Assembly (NCBI GenBank): GCA_035286125.1
Contig: JAYKIS010000037.1
Span: forward strand, 5,365-69,364
Reading direction: 5' to 3'
Source of the DNA: Candidatus Sericytochromatia bacterium
GTDB lineage: Bacteria > Cyanobacteriota > Sericytochromatia > S15B-MN24 > VGJW01
DNA length: 64,000 nt
The notes under the pieces were generated by a model, which was not told where the DNA came from, ran no database searches, and saw only the letters and a program-made list of their open reading frames with translations. How positions within the stretch are numbered: position 1 is the stretch's first letter; each line of letters opens with the position of its first letter. Positions 51,047-60,149 of the stretch are shown piece after piece. A program made the position numbers and the translations under genes.

Positions 51047-53938
51047 GTGATGGCCATGCGTCGCCTCCTGCCCTTGATGATGGCTGGCTTGATGCTGCTG
51101 CCTGCCTGTCGCACGGCCGTGGCGCCCGCGGTTCCTGTGGCAGGCGCTGCAGCGGCCACGCGTCCGACCCCACTGGCCGCGGTCGATCATGCCGATGGCC
51201 TGGCCATCTCGGTGCAGGCGCCCGAGGCCCTGCCGGCGGCGAAGTCCGGCTTGCCCGAGCAGCTTCAAGGACAGCCTTACGGTCTGCTCTCGGTCGCCAT
51301 TGCCTGGCCCCAGCCTACCGAGGTGCGCCGGACCCAGGGTATTCCCACGCAGGCACGCAGCATCCGGATGCGGGTGATCGGCTCCGATGGCAAGGTGCGC
51401 CTGTCCGACTTCTTCTTCAACACGGGCCGGGGCGCGGTCAACAGCAAGACCTATGCCCTCAAGGCGGAGACCGGCATGCTGGTCGAGGTCAGGGCCTACC
51501 TGGAGTCCCAGGCGGATCTCGAGGCCGGGCCGGCAGCCGGTCAGACTTCCAAGTATGCCAACGAGGGTGGTTCGGAGCCCCAGTTCAATGCGGGCCAGGT
51601 GGTGGGCAAGGAATACAACATGGTCGGGCGCCGCGTCCTTGCTGAGGGCCTCAAGGCCAACTTCCAGGTGGTCCTCTTCTCGCGGAATCCCGTCAACGTC
51701 AGTCTGGACAGCAGTCAACTGGTCGCCGGCATCGGTGGGTCTCCGGCGTGGGGCCTCGGGGGCGATCCCTTCTTCCCCAACTTCGTGAGTGCGGCCCGGT
51801 TCGCGGAATTGGCCAATCCCCGCAACCTCTACCTCGACACGTGGAATGGTCGCCGCCGCCTGTTCTTCAATGTCAACCCGACCTTCGACGTCGAGGATCC
51901 CAAGGAGCGTCACATCGTGATGATGCTCGACCAGGCCGGACTCGAGGCTGTCCAGACGGACGCTCAGGCGCGGGCAAAACCGGTGCTTCAGCAGGTCTTC
52001 GGGGGGGCTCGCCTCCTCGGGCCTGAGGACCTCACGACCCAACCCTTGCGCAACCGATTCTTCGGGAACTTCACACTGTCGGCCTTCCGCTTGCCTAGCG
52101 CAGCAGGGGCCGTGCCGCAACTGGTCTTCGATTCGGTCGTGGGTGACGCGCGTACCTTCTCAAGCCTGCCGGCCGCATCCCTGGCGGACATCCTGGAGAG
52201 TACCAGCAAGTCCAGTCCGATTGACTTCGGCAGCACGGGGCTCGACAAGTCGGCGGTCGACATCTCGGGCTTTGCCTCGGGTCAGGGTGGCGCAGGCGTC
52301 CTGATTGCCGATCCTAAGGCTGTCTACGAGGTCCTGGATGACAAGTTGCCCAAGCTGCTGGCTGCTGGCGCGGCAGCACCCACTGCCACCCCCGATGCGA
52401 CTTCCGACGTTGCCGCTGCCGACGTCATCCTCTCGGGCAAATCCATCGTGGCCGTCGCCGGCATGACGCGCGCGCCCTCGAAGACCTACGTGTTCGCCAC
52501 CCAGACGGCATTGCTCTACGGCGTGGCCGACAAAGTCCGGCTCGTTCTCGGCAGTTCGACGGCTACCGGGAGTCTCGAGGCGGCGGCGGCCGGGACAGGC
52601 GTCGGGCGTTTCGACGTCGGCATCGGCAACATTCGTGATGTGGTGGCCTCGCCTGCATCGGCCTCGGTGCTCTACGTGGCCGCCGATGACAAGATCCTGC
52701 GCCTGGTCCTTCCGGCGGACCAGACGACGATGACGGTTGATTCCTCCCCGATGGAGATCTTTGCCCCCGGCTTCATCCCGACATCGCTCGCCGTGTCGCC
52801 TGATGGCACGAGGTTGGCGGTCGTGGGTCTGGACAAGCAACTCGAGGTCTATGCCGTCGGTCCCGGTCCCGCCGATGCCTCGACGTGGAAGGTCCAGACG
52901 GTGGCGCCCGTGAAAGCCGTCAGGCGTGCCGAGTTCGTGCCGTCACCCGGTGCCGCTGTGCTCCTTGCCTTCTCGCACGATGCCGATGTGGGCCAGTCCC
53001 AGATCACGGCGTTGACTGTGGGTGCATCGACGAAAAGCACCTTGCTTGACGGGCGCTCGGTCTACGACAGCCAGATCGGGGATGGCAACAGGATCAGCCA
53101 GACCATGATCGGCGTAACCGAGGGTGGCGGGCACATCGACAAGCCTGCGGCCATTTCTGTCACGCCAAGCGGCAGCGTGCTCGTGGCAGACCCCGTCATC
53201 AAGCGCATCCGGCACCTCGACATGCCTGGCGGTACCCAGGGAGTTCTCCAGTCCCTGGTGACCAGCATCCCGGACGCGGACCCCCCGTTCTATGTCCTGG
53301 ATGCGCCCGAGGGCGTGGACGTCGACAAGTTCGGAACGGTCTTCATCGCCGACAGCAACAACTACTACATCAGGATATGGAAGCCCTCGTGCGGCTTCAG
53401 CTCGGTGAAGGTTCCGGTGGTCGCAGGCTCCGGACAGCAGGGCTACAACCTGGACAACATCAACGCCACCCTCGTCCAGTTGGGCAAGGTCACGCGCGTC
53501 AAGGTCGAACGAAGCACTTCCGGGAGGCGGCGCATCTTCTTCATCGATGGCAAGCGGGTGCGGATGCTCAATCCCCGCAATCCGGCCGTCACTGCGCCTT
53601 TGGATGATTGTGTCGGTCCGTCGAGAGATCCTTACTTCCAGTACATCGTGTCCACGATTGCGGGCGACGGTACCGGTACGGACAAGACCAATGCGGCCCA
53701 GTTCGCCCTCACGGCACCGACCTGGCTGGATGTCGATTCCCGTGGCTATGTCTATGTCGCCGACGGCAAGACCATCTACCGCATCGACCCCGATGCCGGG
53801 ACCATCGTTGCTGCCTACACGGCCGAGGATGCGGCCATCACCAGCTTTGTCATCGATGACCAGGACCCGAGGGTCCGGGAAGTCTACTTCACCAAGGCCG
53901 GAAACCAGACCATCCGGAAGCTGATCCTCGAGGACTGA
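51047..53938 (+). CDS. Large (963 aa) lipoprotein with C-terminal NHL/beta-propeller-like repeats
   Basis: Lipobox LMLLPAC. The C-terminal third has repeats of the type P.G..VD..G.V.VAD..N..I (AISVTPSGSVLVADPVIKRIRHL; GVDVDKFGTVFIADSNNYYIRIW; WLDVDSRGYVYVADGKTIYRI). Confidence 0.7.
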   Translation: MMAMRRLLPLMMAGLMLLPACRTAVAPAVPVAGAAAATRPTPLAAVDHADGLAISVQAPEALPAAKSGLPEQLQGQPYGLLSVAIAWPQPTEVRRTQGIPTQARSIRMRVIGSDGKVRLSDFFFNTGRGAVNSKTYALKAETGMLVEVRAYLESQADLEAGPAAGQTSKYANEGGSEPQFNAGQVVGKEYNMVGRRVLAEGLKANFQVVLFSRNPVNVSLDSSQLVAGIGGSPAWGLGGDPFFPNFVSAARFAELANPRNLYLDTWNGRRRLFFNVNPTFDVEDPKERHIVMMLDQAGLEAVQTDAQARAKPVLQQVFGGARLLGPEDLTTQPLRNRFFGNFTLSAFRLPSAAGAVPQLVFDSVVGDARTFSSLPAASLADILESTSKSSPIDFGSTGLDKSAVDISGFASGQGGAGVLIADPKAVYEVLDDKLPKLLAAGAAAPTATPDATSDVAAADVILSGKSIVAVAGMTRAPSKTYVFATQTALLYGVADKVRLVLGSSTATGSLEAAAAGTGVGRFDVGIGNIRDVVASPASASVLYVAADDKILRLVLPADQTTMTVDSSPMEIFAPGFIPTSLAVSPDGTRLAVVGLDKQLEVYAVGPGPADASTWKVQTVAPVKAVRRAEFVPSPGAAVLLAFSHDADVGQSQITALTVGASTKSTLLDGRSVYDSQIGDGNRISQTMIGVTEGGGHIDKPAAISVTPSGSVLVADPVIKRIRHLDMPGGTQGVLQSLVTSIPDADPPFYVLDAPEGVDVDKFGTVFIADSNNYYIRIWKPSCGFSSVKVPVVAGSGQQGYNLDNINATLVQLGKVTRVKVERSTSGRRRIFFIDGKRVRMLNPRNPAVTAPLDDCVGPSRDPYFQYIVSTIAGDGTGTDKTNAAQFALTAPTWLDVDSRGYVYVADGKTIYRIDPDAGTIVAAYTAEDAAITSFVIDDQDPRVREVYFTKAGNQTIRKLILED

Positions 53939-53980
53939 GGTCCACACCAAAAAGATTTCCGCGCCTTTTCTCTTGAAAGA

Positions 53981-54010
53981 CGCAAGAAGAAGCCCTAGGA
54001 TGGCGATGTT
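53981..54010 (+). promoter_or_regulatory. Candidate promoter, site 3 of 3: CGCAAG-N18-GATGTT, preceded by GAAAGA
   Basis: Ends 52 nt upstream of ATG 54062, in an unusually AT-rich 120-nt intergenic region. Confidence 0.3.
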
Positions 54011-54061
54011 AATCCTTGGTTAACTTCTTCTTACCCTTTCTTCCAGGAGAATCCGGACACC

Positions 54062-55318
54062 ATGCGCAAGGCGATGGGGCTTTTGTTGGTGGCGGCGACG
54101 GTCGGTTGCGGCCAGCAGGTGGCAGGTTCGGTCGCTACGGCGACCCGCAGCGCGTCCATGGACGTGGCAGCTCAGGCGGCCCGTGAGATCGTCGTGATGG
54201 TCGATCCCGCCGCTGCCGCGCAGGCCAGCCGGACCGTCAAGGCCATGGGAGCGGCCGTGTCGCGCACGTTCCGCCTCAAGAGCGAGGTCCAGGTCGTCCG
54301 TATTCCCGATGGCGTCGATCGCGACCTCTTCCTTGCCCGCCTGCGGAAGCAGCCTGGCGTCAGGGCCGCCGTGCCGCAGCGTGTCTACCGGGCCATCCCC
54401 GTCGTCCAGGAAGCCGAGTTGGCGCGCGAGGTCGGTGCCCTGATCAGCATCAACGACCCCAGCTTCTCGAAGCAGTGGGCCTACGGTCGGACCGGTACGC
54501 CTGCCAACTGGGAAGGCATCGATGCCTCCGGTACGCTGGTGGCGGTCGCGGACACCGGTGTCGATGCCGCGCATCCCGACCTAGGCGGCCGGGTCCGCAG
54601 CGGCCAGAACTTTGCCGGCGGCACGGGCACGGGCGACAAGGTCGGCCACGGTACCCACTGCGCCGGTATCATCGGCGCCACCGGCAACAACAGCCAGGGC
54701 ATCGCGGGTATCGTCTGGAACGCTCCGATCCTCGCCATCAAGGTGCTCGGGGACAACGGCTCCGGCACGACAGAGGGTGTGGCCCAGGGCATGAAGTCGG
54801 CCGCCGATGCCGGCGCCAAGGTGCTCAACATGAGCCTCGGTTCCGACACCACCGACATTGATCCCGTGATGCATGACGCCCTCGAGTATTGCTTGGCCAA
54901 GGGGACTGTCGTCATCTGCGCCGCGGGCAACAACGGCCGGTTCGTCGGCTCGCCTGCCAACGATCCTCTTGCCATTGCCGTCTCGAGCACCAGCGATGGC
55001 ATGTTTGGCGGCGAGAAGATCTCCGGCTTCTCGAGCCGCGGCAAGCAGGTCTGGGTCTCGGCCCCCGGCGGCGGCATCATCAGCACGCTTCCCACGACCG
55101 GCAGCCAGATGGGGACGACCTACGGCAAGGCCTCGGGCACCTCGATGGCGTGTCCGTTCGTTGCCGGTACGGCGACGATGATGCGCGCCGCGCATCCCGA
55201 CTGGTCCGTGGCCCAGGTTCGCGATGCCCTCAAGGCGTCGACGGATGACCTCGGTACCCCCGGCTTCGACGAGCTCTACGGGCATGGCCGGGTCAACCTG
55301 GCCAAGGCCTCGCGCTGA
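54062..55318 (+). CDS. Secreted subtilisin-like serine protease (S8 family)
   Basis: Signal peptide, an inhibitor_I9-like propeptide, and the catalytic triad motifs VAVADTGVD, HGTHCAGI and GTSMACPFVAG. Confidence 0.9.
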   Translation: MRKAMGLLLVAATVGCGQQVAGSVATATRSASMDVAAQAAREIVVMVDPAAAAQASRTVKAMGAAVSRTFRLKSEVQVVRIPDGVDRDLFLARLRKQPGVRAAVPQRVYRAIPVVQEAELAREVGALISINDPSFSKQWAYGRTGTPANWEGIDASGTLVAVADTGVDAAHPDLGGRVRSGQNFAGGTGTGDKVGHGTHCAGIIGATGNNSQGIAGIVWNAPILAIKVLGDNGSGTTEGVAQGMKSAADAGAKVLNMSLGSDTTDIDPVMHDALEYCLAKGTVVICAAGNNGRFVGSPANDPLAIAVSSTSDGMFGGEKISGFSSRGKQVWVSAPGGGIISTLPTTGSQMGTTYGKASGTSMACPFVAGTATMMRAAHPDWSVAQVRDALKASTDDLGTPGFDELYGHGRVNLAKASR

Positions 55319-55338
55319 CGCTCGCACGGTCATAGAGG

Positions 55339-55366
55339 AGAGGCGCCCCGAAGCCGGGGCGCCTCT
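55339..55366. terminator. Bidirectional terminator hairpin
   Basis: AGAGGCGCCCCG-AAGC-CGGGGCGCCTCT forms a perfect 12-bp stem between the convergent stops at 55318 and 55371. Confidence 0.6.
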
Positions 55367-55370
55367 TGCC

Positions 55371-57005
55371 TCATGGGTGCGGGCCGAGGGGCAGGTCGAA
55401 CCAGAAGGTCGCACCTTGGTCGGGTGCGCTCGTGACCCCCATTTCGCCGCCGTGAGCCTCCACGAGGGCCCTGGCCACGTACAGCCCCAGGCCGGAACCA
55501 CGTCTCGCGCCGACAGAGCGGCGGGCCCCCTGAAAGTATTTCTCGAAAACCCTGTTGAGGTCGGCCTCTTCGATGCCTACGCCGGTGTCCGCCACGCTGA
55601 CGGTCACGCAGCCGGGGCCGGTGGCGAGGGTGACCCGGATCTCGCCGTGCTTGGGCGTGAAGCGGATGGCGTTGCTGATCAGGTTCAGCAGCACCTGGGT
55701 GATGCGTTGCGGATCGCACAGGACCTCCAGCATCGTCTCCGTGTCCGGGACCACCAGCCGGACGCCCGCATCCTGAAGCTGGGGCCAGAGGCTGGATCCT
55801 GCCTGGCGGACAAGCTCGGCCAGGTCCACCTCGCGTGGGGACAGGCTGAAGGTTCCTGCCTCCAGCTTGGCGTAGTCGAGGAGATCGTCGACCAACCGCT
55901 GCAGGCGGTTCGCACCCAGTTGGATCTCGCGCAGAAAGTCCAGCTGCCGGGTGTTCAGGGGACCTTCCAGGCCGTCCTCGAGTAGTTCGGCATGGCCGAT
56001 GATGGAGGCCAAGGGCGTATGCAACTCGTGCGAGGCTGCGCTGACGAAGTCGTCGCGCAAGCGGTCAAGCTGGTGCTGGCGGGCCTGATGTTCCTGGTCG
56101 CGGCGAACGCGTTCGGCGCGTTCCGTGACCTCGATGGCCAGCAACAGGGTGCCGGCACGGTCGGAATCCGGCCCGACCGGTTCGATGACCAGATCCCAGT
56201 AGGAGGTCTGGCCGTCTTGCCAGTGGGGCAGGCGCATCGGCAAGGCCTCGATGCGCAGGGGGCCCTCAGGTACGCGGCGTTGCGTCAGATCGAGGTCCGT
56301 CACGGTTGCCAGAAGCTCGAGCACGGGTTGGCCGAGCAGCTCGAACTCATCCTTGCCGAACCACGCGGTGACCTGGGGACTGACCCAACTCAGGCGACGG
56401 TCACCATCGAGCAGGGCCATCATGGCCGGCAGTTGGCGAATGACCTGATCGGAAAAAGCGCGTTGGCGACTCATGCGCAGGGCTGCCACGAGCTGATCCG
56501 CCAGCATGGTCGTCAGCAGGGTGTCCCTGGGCGGGAAGACTTTGGGGTCTTCGTAGATGACGTAGACGTGGCCCCGGGTCTTGCCTGATTCGACCAGTGG
56601 CGCACCCAGGAAGCTGCGAAAGCCCCAGGTCTCGCCCAAGGCCCGGGCGATTTCCGCGGCATCCCCGGTGAACTCCCGGACATCTTCCACAAGGATGAGG
56701 CCCTGGGGCAGGGTTCCGGGCAAGGTCTCTGCAGGCTGCATCTGCAGGCTGGCGATCATGGACCTGGCCTTCTCGAGCAGCTCATTCTGCTCGGCTTCCG
56801 TGCGCCCACGGACCCAGAGATCCTCGATTCGGGAATGCCCGTGTTCCTGCTGGAGGACGACCGCGCAATACTTGGCCTCGAGGATCTCGGCCATGCGCCG
56901 CAAGCCGAGTCCGACAAGGGTACCGGCCGTCGCTCCCTGGGCGAGGGCGCGGCTGAGGTCTCCGAGCAGGCGCAGCTCGGGCAGATGGGACGACTCGGTA
57001 ACCAA
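55371..57005 (-). CDS. Cytoplasmic sensor histidine kinase (GAF-PAS-HisKA-HATPase)
   Basis: H-box SHELHTPLASI, N-box LLNLISNAIRFT, and G-boxes DTGVGI and GSGLGL. Start taken at TTG 57005 (AAGAGG RBS) to avoid overlapping the thiolase. No response regulator lies adjacent. Confidence 0.85.
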   Translation of the reverse strand: MVTESSHLPELRLLGDLSRALAQGATAGTLVGLGLRRMAEILEAKYCAVVLQQEHGHSRIEDLWVRGRTEAEQNELLEKARSMIASLQMQPAETLPGTLPQGLILVEDVREFTGDAAEIARALGETWGFRSFLGAPLVESGKTRGHVYVIYEDPKVFPPRDTLLTTMLADQLVAALRMSRQRAFSDQVIRQLPAMMALLDGDRRLSWVSPQVTAWFGKDEFELLGQPVLELLATVTDLDLTQRRVPEGPLRIEALPMRLPHWQDGQTSYWDLVIEPVGPDSDRAGTLLLAIEVTERAERVRRDQEHQARQHQLDRLRDDFVSAASHELHTPLASIIGHAELLEDGLEGPLNTRQLDFLREIQLGANRLQRLVDDLLDYAKLEAGTFSLSPREVDLAELVRQAGSSLWPQLQDAGVRLVVPDTETMLEVLCDPQRITQVLLNLISNAIRFTPKHGEIRVTLATGPGCVTVSVADTGVGIEEADLNRVFEKYFQGARRSVGARRGSGLGLYVARALVEAHGGEMGVTSAPDQGATFWFDLPLGPHP

Positions 57006-57040
57006 CTTGGACCTCTTGGGACCGTCGGGACCTTCCGCTG

Positions 57041-58219
57041 CTAGCCCTTGACGGTCAGCACTGCAGCAATGCCTTGACCGCCGCCAATGCACAGCGTGAC
57101 GAGTGCGTGGCCACCGCCTCGCTGCTGAAGCTGGTCGATGGCCGTCAGCACGAGGCGGGTCCCGGAGGCAGCCAAGGGATGCCCGAGGGCGATGGCACCG
57201 CCCTGACGGTTGATGCGGTCGGTCGGGATCCCCAGGCCCTTGCAGACCGCGATGGCCTGTGCGGCGAAGGCCTCATTGACTTCGATGACCGCCATGTCCT
57301 CGAGGTTAAGGCCCGCACGTACAAGGGCCTTCTGGCTGGCCGGTACGGGACCGTAACCCATGTAGCCGGGCTCGACGCCCGCAACGGCCCAACTGGTCAA
57401 CGTGGCGACAGGCGTCAGGCCCTGACGGGCTGCCCACCCTTCCGTCGCCATGACGACGGCGGCAGCACCATCGTTGATGCCGCTGGCGTTACCGGCGGTC
57501 ACCGTCCCGTTGTCCTTGAAGCGCGCAGGCAGGCGGGAAAGACCTTCAATCGTCGCATCCGCCCGCACGTGTTCATCCGTCGCAAGCTCGATTTCGCCCT
57601 TGCGACCTGCCACGCGAACAGGCACGATCTCGCGGGCAAGCGCTTCCCGAGCGGCGTGAGCCCGCGCGTGCGAGGCCAGGGCAAAGGCATCCTGTTCTTC
57701 ACGCGAGATGGCGTACTTGTCCGCCAGGTTCTCAGCCGTGATGGCCATGGGGGTCTTGCAGTAGGCATCCGTGAGTGCGGACCACAACGTGTCCACGAGG
57801 GGCATGGCATTCATGGCGTGGCCCCAGCGTGCCTTCGGGACGACGTAGGGGGCCGTGCTCAGGCTCTCGGTGCCACCTGCCAGCACCGTCTCGGCCTCTT
57901 CGAGCAACATGTCCTGAGCTCCCGTGATGATGGCCTGAAGGCCCGAGCCGCACAAGCGGTTGACCGTGAGCGCCGGCGTCTCCACGGGCGTGCCTGCACG
58001 AAGACCCACGTGTCGCGCGAGGTAGGCCGCGTCATCCTTGCAGTGGACGACATTGCCCATGACCACGTTCTGGATGTCCATGGCGGAGACACCCGAGCGC
58101 AAAAGGGCACCTTCCGCCGCGATGACGCCAAGGTCCGTGGGCGAGAGGTCGCGTCCCTGACCCCCGAACTCGAGGAAGGGCGTGCGGGCCCCCCCGAGGA
58201 TGACGATGGCGGGTGGCAT
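57041..58219 (-). CDS. Acetyl-CoA C-acetyltransferase (thiolase II)
   Basis: NRLCGSGLQAI (active-site Cys), NEAFAAQ and CIGGGQGIA motifs. 392 aa. Confidence 0.9.
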   Translation of the reverse strand: MPPAIVILGGARTPFLEFGGQGRDLSPTDLGVIAAEGALLRSGVSAMDIQNVVMGNVVHCKDDAAYLARHVGLRAGTPVETPALTVNRLCGSGLQAIITGAQDMLLEEAETVLAGGTESLSTAPYVVPKARWGHAMNAMPLVDTLWSALTDAYCKTPMAITAENLADKYAISREEQDAFALASHARAHAAREALAREIVPVRVAGRKGEIELATDEHVRADATIEGLSRLPARFKDNGTVTAGNASGINDGAAAVVMATEGWAARQGLTPVATLTSWAVAGVEPGYMGYGPVPASQKALVRAGLNLEDMAVIEVNEAFAAQAIAVCKGLGIPTDRINRQGGAIALGHPLAASGTRLVLTAIDQLQQRGGGHALVTLCIGGGQGIAAVLTVKG

Positions 58220-58251
58220 GGGCGCCTCCTTCCGAGGGGTCCGGGTCTGGA

Positions 58252-59184
58252 TCAGGATTTCAGCTTGGGGTCGAGGGCGTCACGCAGGCCGTCGCCGATG
58301 AAGTTGATCGACACGACCGTCAGGAAGATCATGATGCCCGGATAGACGGCCAGCCAAGGCGTCGCGATCATGTACTGCTGGGCATTGCTCAGCATGTTGC
58401 CCCAGCTGGGGACCGGCGGCTGGATGCCCATGCCCAGGAACGACAGGCCGCTCTCGAGAATGATGGCTTCGCCCACTTGCAGCGTGGCCGCCACGAAAAT
58501 CGGCGCCATCGCATTGGGGATCAGATGCCGCGTGATGATCCAGGCGGACTTGCCGCCGACGGATCGCGAGGCTTCGATGAACTCCTGCTCGCGCAGCGAC
58601 AGGAACTCGCCCCGGACCAGACGCGCTACACCCATCCACGAACTGGCCCCGATGATGACGGCGATGAGTGCCAGCTGTTGCAGCTCGGGGGCGATGAACG
58701 GCACCAGGGTCTTGCCCCGCGTGAAATTCGAGAGGACGAGCAGCAGCATCAGCAAAGGGATGCAGAGGAACATGTCCGTCATCCGCATGCCCAGGGTATC
58801 GATCCATTTGCCGAAATAGCCGGTGATGGCGCCGATGAGCGTGCCGATCAGGACGCCGAGCACGGCGGCCGAGAGACCGACGAAAAGCGAGATGCGGCCG
58901 GCATAGAGGAGGCGTGCCAGCACGTCCTGCCCCAGTTCGTCCGTGCCCAGGGGGTGGGCCAGGGTGGGCACCAGCTGGTTCGTGTTGGACAGGTCCTGCG
59001 CATCGTAGGCCGGAAGGAACCACGGCCCGATGATGGCGCCCAGGACGAGCACCAGGAGCATGACACTCGAGGCCACGGCCAGGCGATGCTTCAGGAAGCG
59101 GCGCAGCACCATGGCCCCGAAGGATTCGGGCGGTGGCAGGGTTGCGCCCGGACGGGCGTCACGAGGGGCAGTTGCGGTAGCCAA
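58252..59184 (-). CDS. Peptide ABC transporter permease (OppC/DppC)
   Basis: BPD-transporter EAA-type loop (EASRSVGGKSAWIITRHLIPN). Start placed at TTG 59184, 8 nt after a GAGG that overlaps the oppB stop. The track start at 59229 would overlap oppB by 35 nt. Confidence 0.85.
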   Translation of the reverse strand: MATATAPRDARPGATLPPPESFGAMVLRRFLKHRLAVASSVMLLVLVLGAIIGPWFLPAYDAQDLSNTNQLVPTLAHPLGTDELGQDVLARLLYAGRISLFVGLSAAVLGVLIGTLIGAITGYFGKWIDTLGMRMTDMFLCIPLLMLLLVLSNFTRGKTLVPFIAPELQQLALIAVIIGASSWMGVARLVRGEFLSLREQEFIEASRSVGGKSAWIITRHLIPNAMAPIFVAATLQVGEAIILESGLSFLGMGIQPPVPSWGNMLSNAQQYMIATPWLAVYPGIMIFLTVVSINFIGDGLRDALDPKLKS

Positions 59185-59194
59185 AGCAGGAACC

Positions 59195-60145
59195 TCAGTC
59201 GTACCGGATGCGCGGGTCGAGGGCGGCATAGGCGATGTCGGCCAGGATGTTGGACACGACGACCAACGCGGCCGAGATCGTCAGGATGGCCATGATGACC
59301 GGATAGTCGCTGCGACCCAGCGAGTCGAAGAACAGCCGTCCGATCCCCGGCCACGCGAAGATGGTCTCGGTCATGATGGCGCCCCCGAAGATACCCGGCA
59401 GGGCCAGCGCGATGATGGTCACCACGGGAACCAACGCATTACGGAAGGCATGCCGACCGATGACGCGGAATTCGTCGAGGCCCTTGGCGCGGGCGGTACG
59501 GACGTACTCCTGGCGGATGACCTCGAGCATCGAGCTGCGCATGTACCGGCTCCAGGAGGCCACGGAGACGATGGACAGCATCGTCACGGGCAGGACCAGG
59601 TGTTCGATCAGGTCGAGCAGGCCGGTCTCGCCCAGGTCGTGGACGCCTCCCGAAGGCAGCCATTTGAGCTGGGCCGCGAACAGCAGGAGCAGCATCACGC
59701 CAAACCAGAAGACCGGAAGGCTATAGCCGATGAAGGCGAAGGTCGTGACGCCGAAGTCAAAGGGCGTGTACTGCTTGACGGCGCTCATCACGCCCAGGAA
59801 CACGCCAATGGCCAGCGAGACGATGAACGACGTGCCCATCAGCACCAGCGTGTTCGGCAGGAACGAAGCGATCATCTCCGTCACGGCCTGGCCCGTGAAG
59901 AGCGAGTTCCCGAGGTTGCCCGTCAGCAGGGACCGCAGCCAGTACAGGTACTGCATGTACAAGGGCTGATCCAAGCCCATGATGTGCTTGATCTTCTCGA
60001 GGTCCTCGGGGCGGACCCGAGGATTCTGGGTGTAGGCCGCAAGCGGCCCGCCCGGCATCAGGTGCATGATGCAGAACAGCAGCAGGGTGACGCCCAGCAG
60101 CAGGGGCAGGCTGGTCAGCAGCCGCCGCAGGATATAGGCACCCAT
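59195..60145 (-). CDS. Peptide ABC transporter permease (OppB/DppB)
   Basis: N-terminus MGAYILRRLL...LLLFCIMHLMPGGP and the EAA loop RTARAKGLDEFRVIGRHAFRNA. Confidence 0.9.
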   Translation of the reverse strand: MGAYILRRLLTSLPLLLGVTLLLFCIMHLMPGGPLAAYTQNPRVRPEDLEKIKHIMGLDQPLYMQYLYWLRSLLTGNLGNSLFTGQAVTEMIASFLPNTLVLMGTSFIVSLAIGVFLGVMSAVKQYTPFDFGVTTFAFIGYSLPVFWFGVMLLLLFAAQLKWLPSGGVHDLGETGLLDLIEHLVLPVTMLSIVSVASWSRYMRSSMLEVIRQEYVRTARAKGLDEFRVIGRHAFRNALVPVVTIIALALPGIFGGAIMTETIFAWPGIGRLFFDSLGRSDYPVIMAILTISAALVVVSNILADIAYAALDPRIRYD

Positions 60146-60149
60146 GGTC

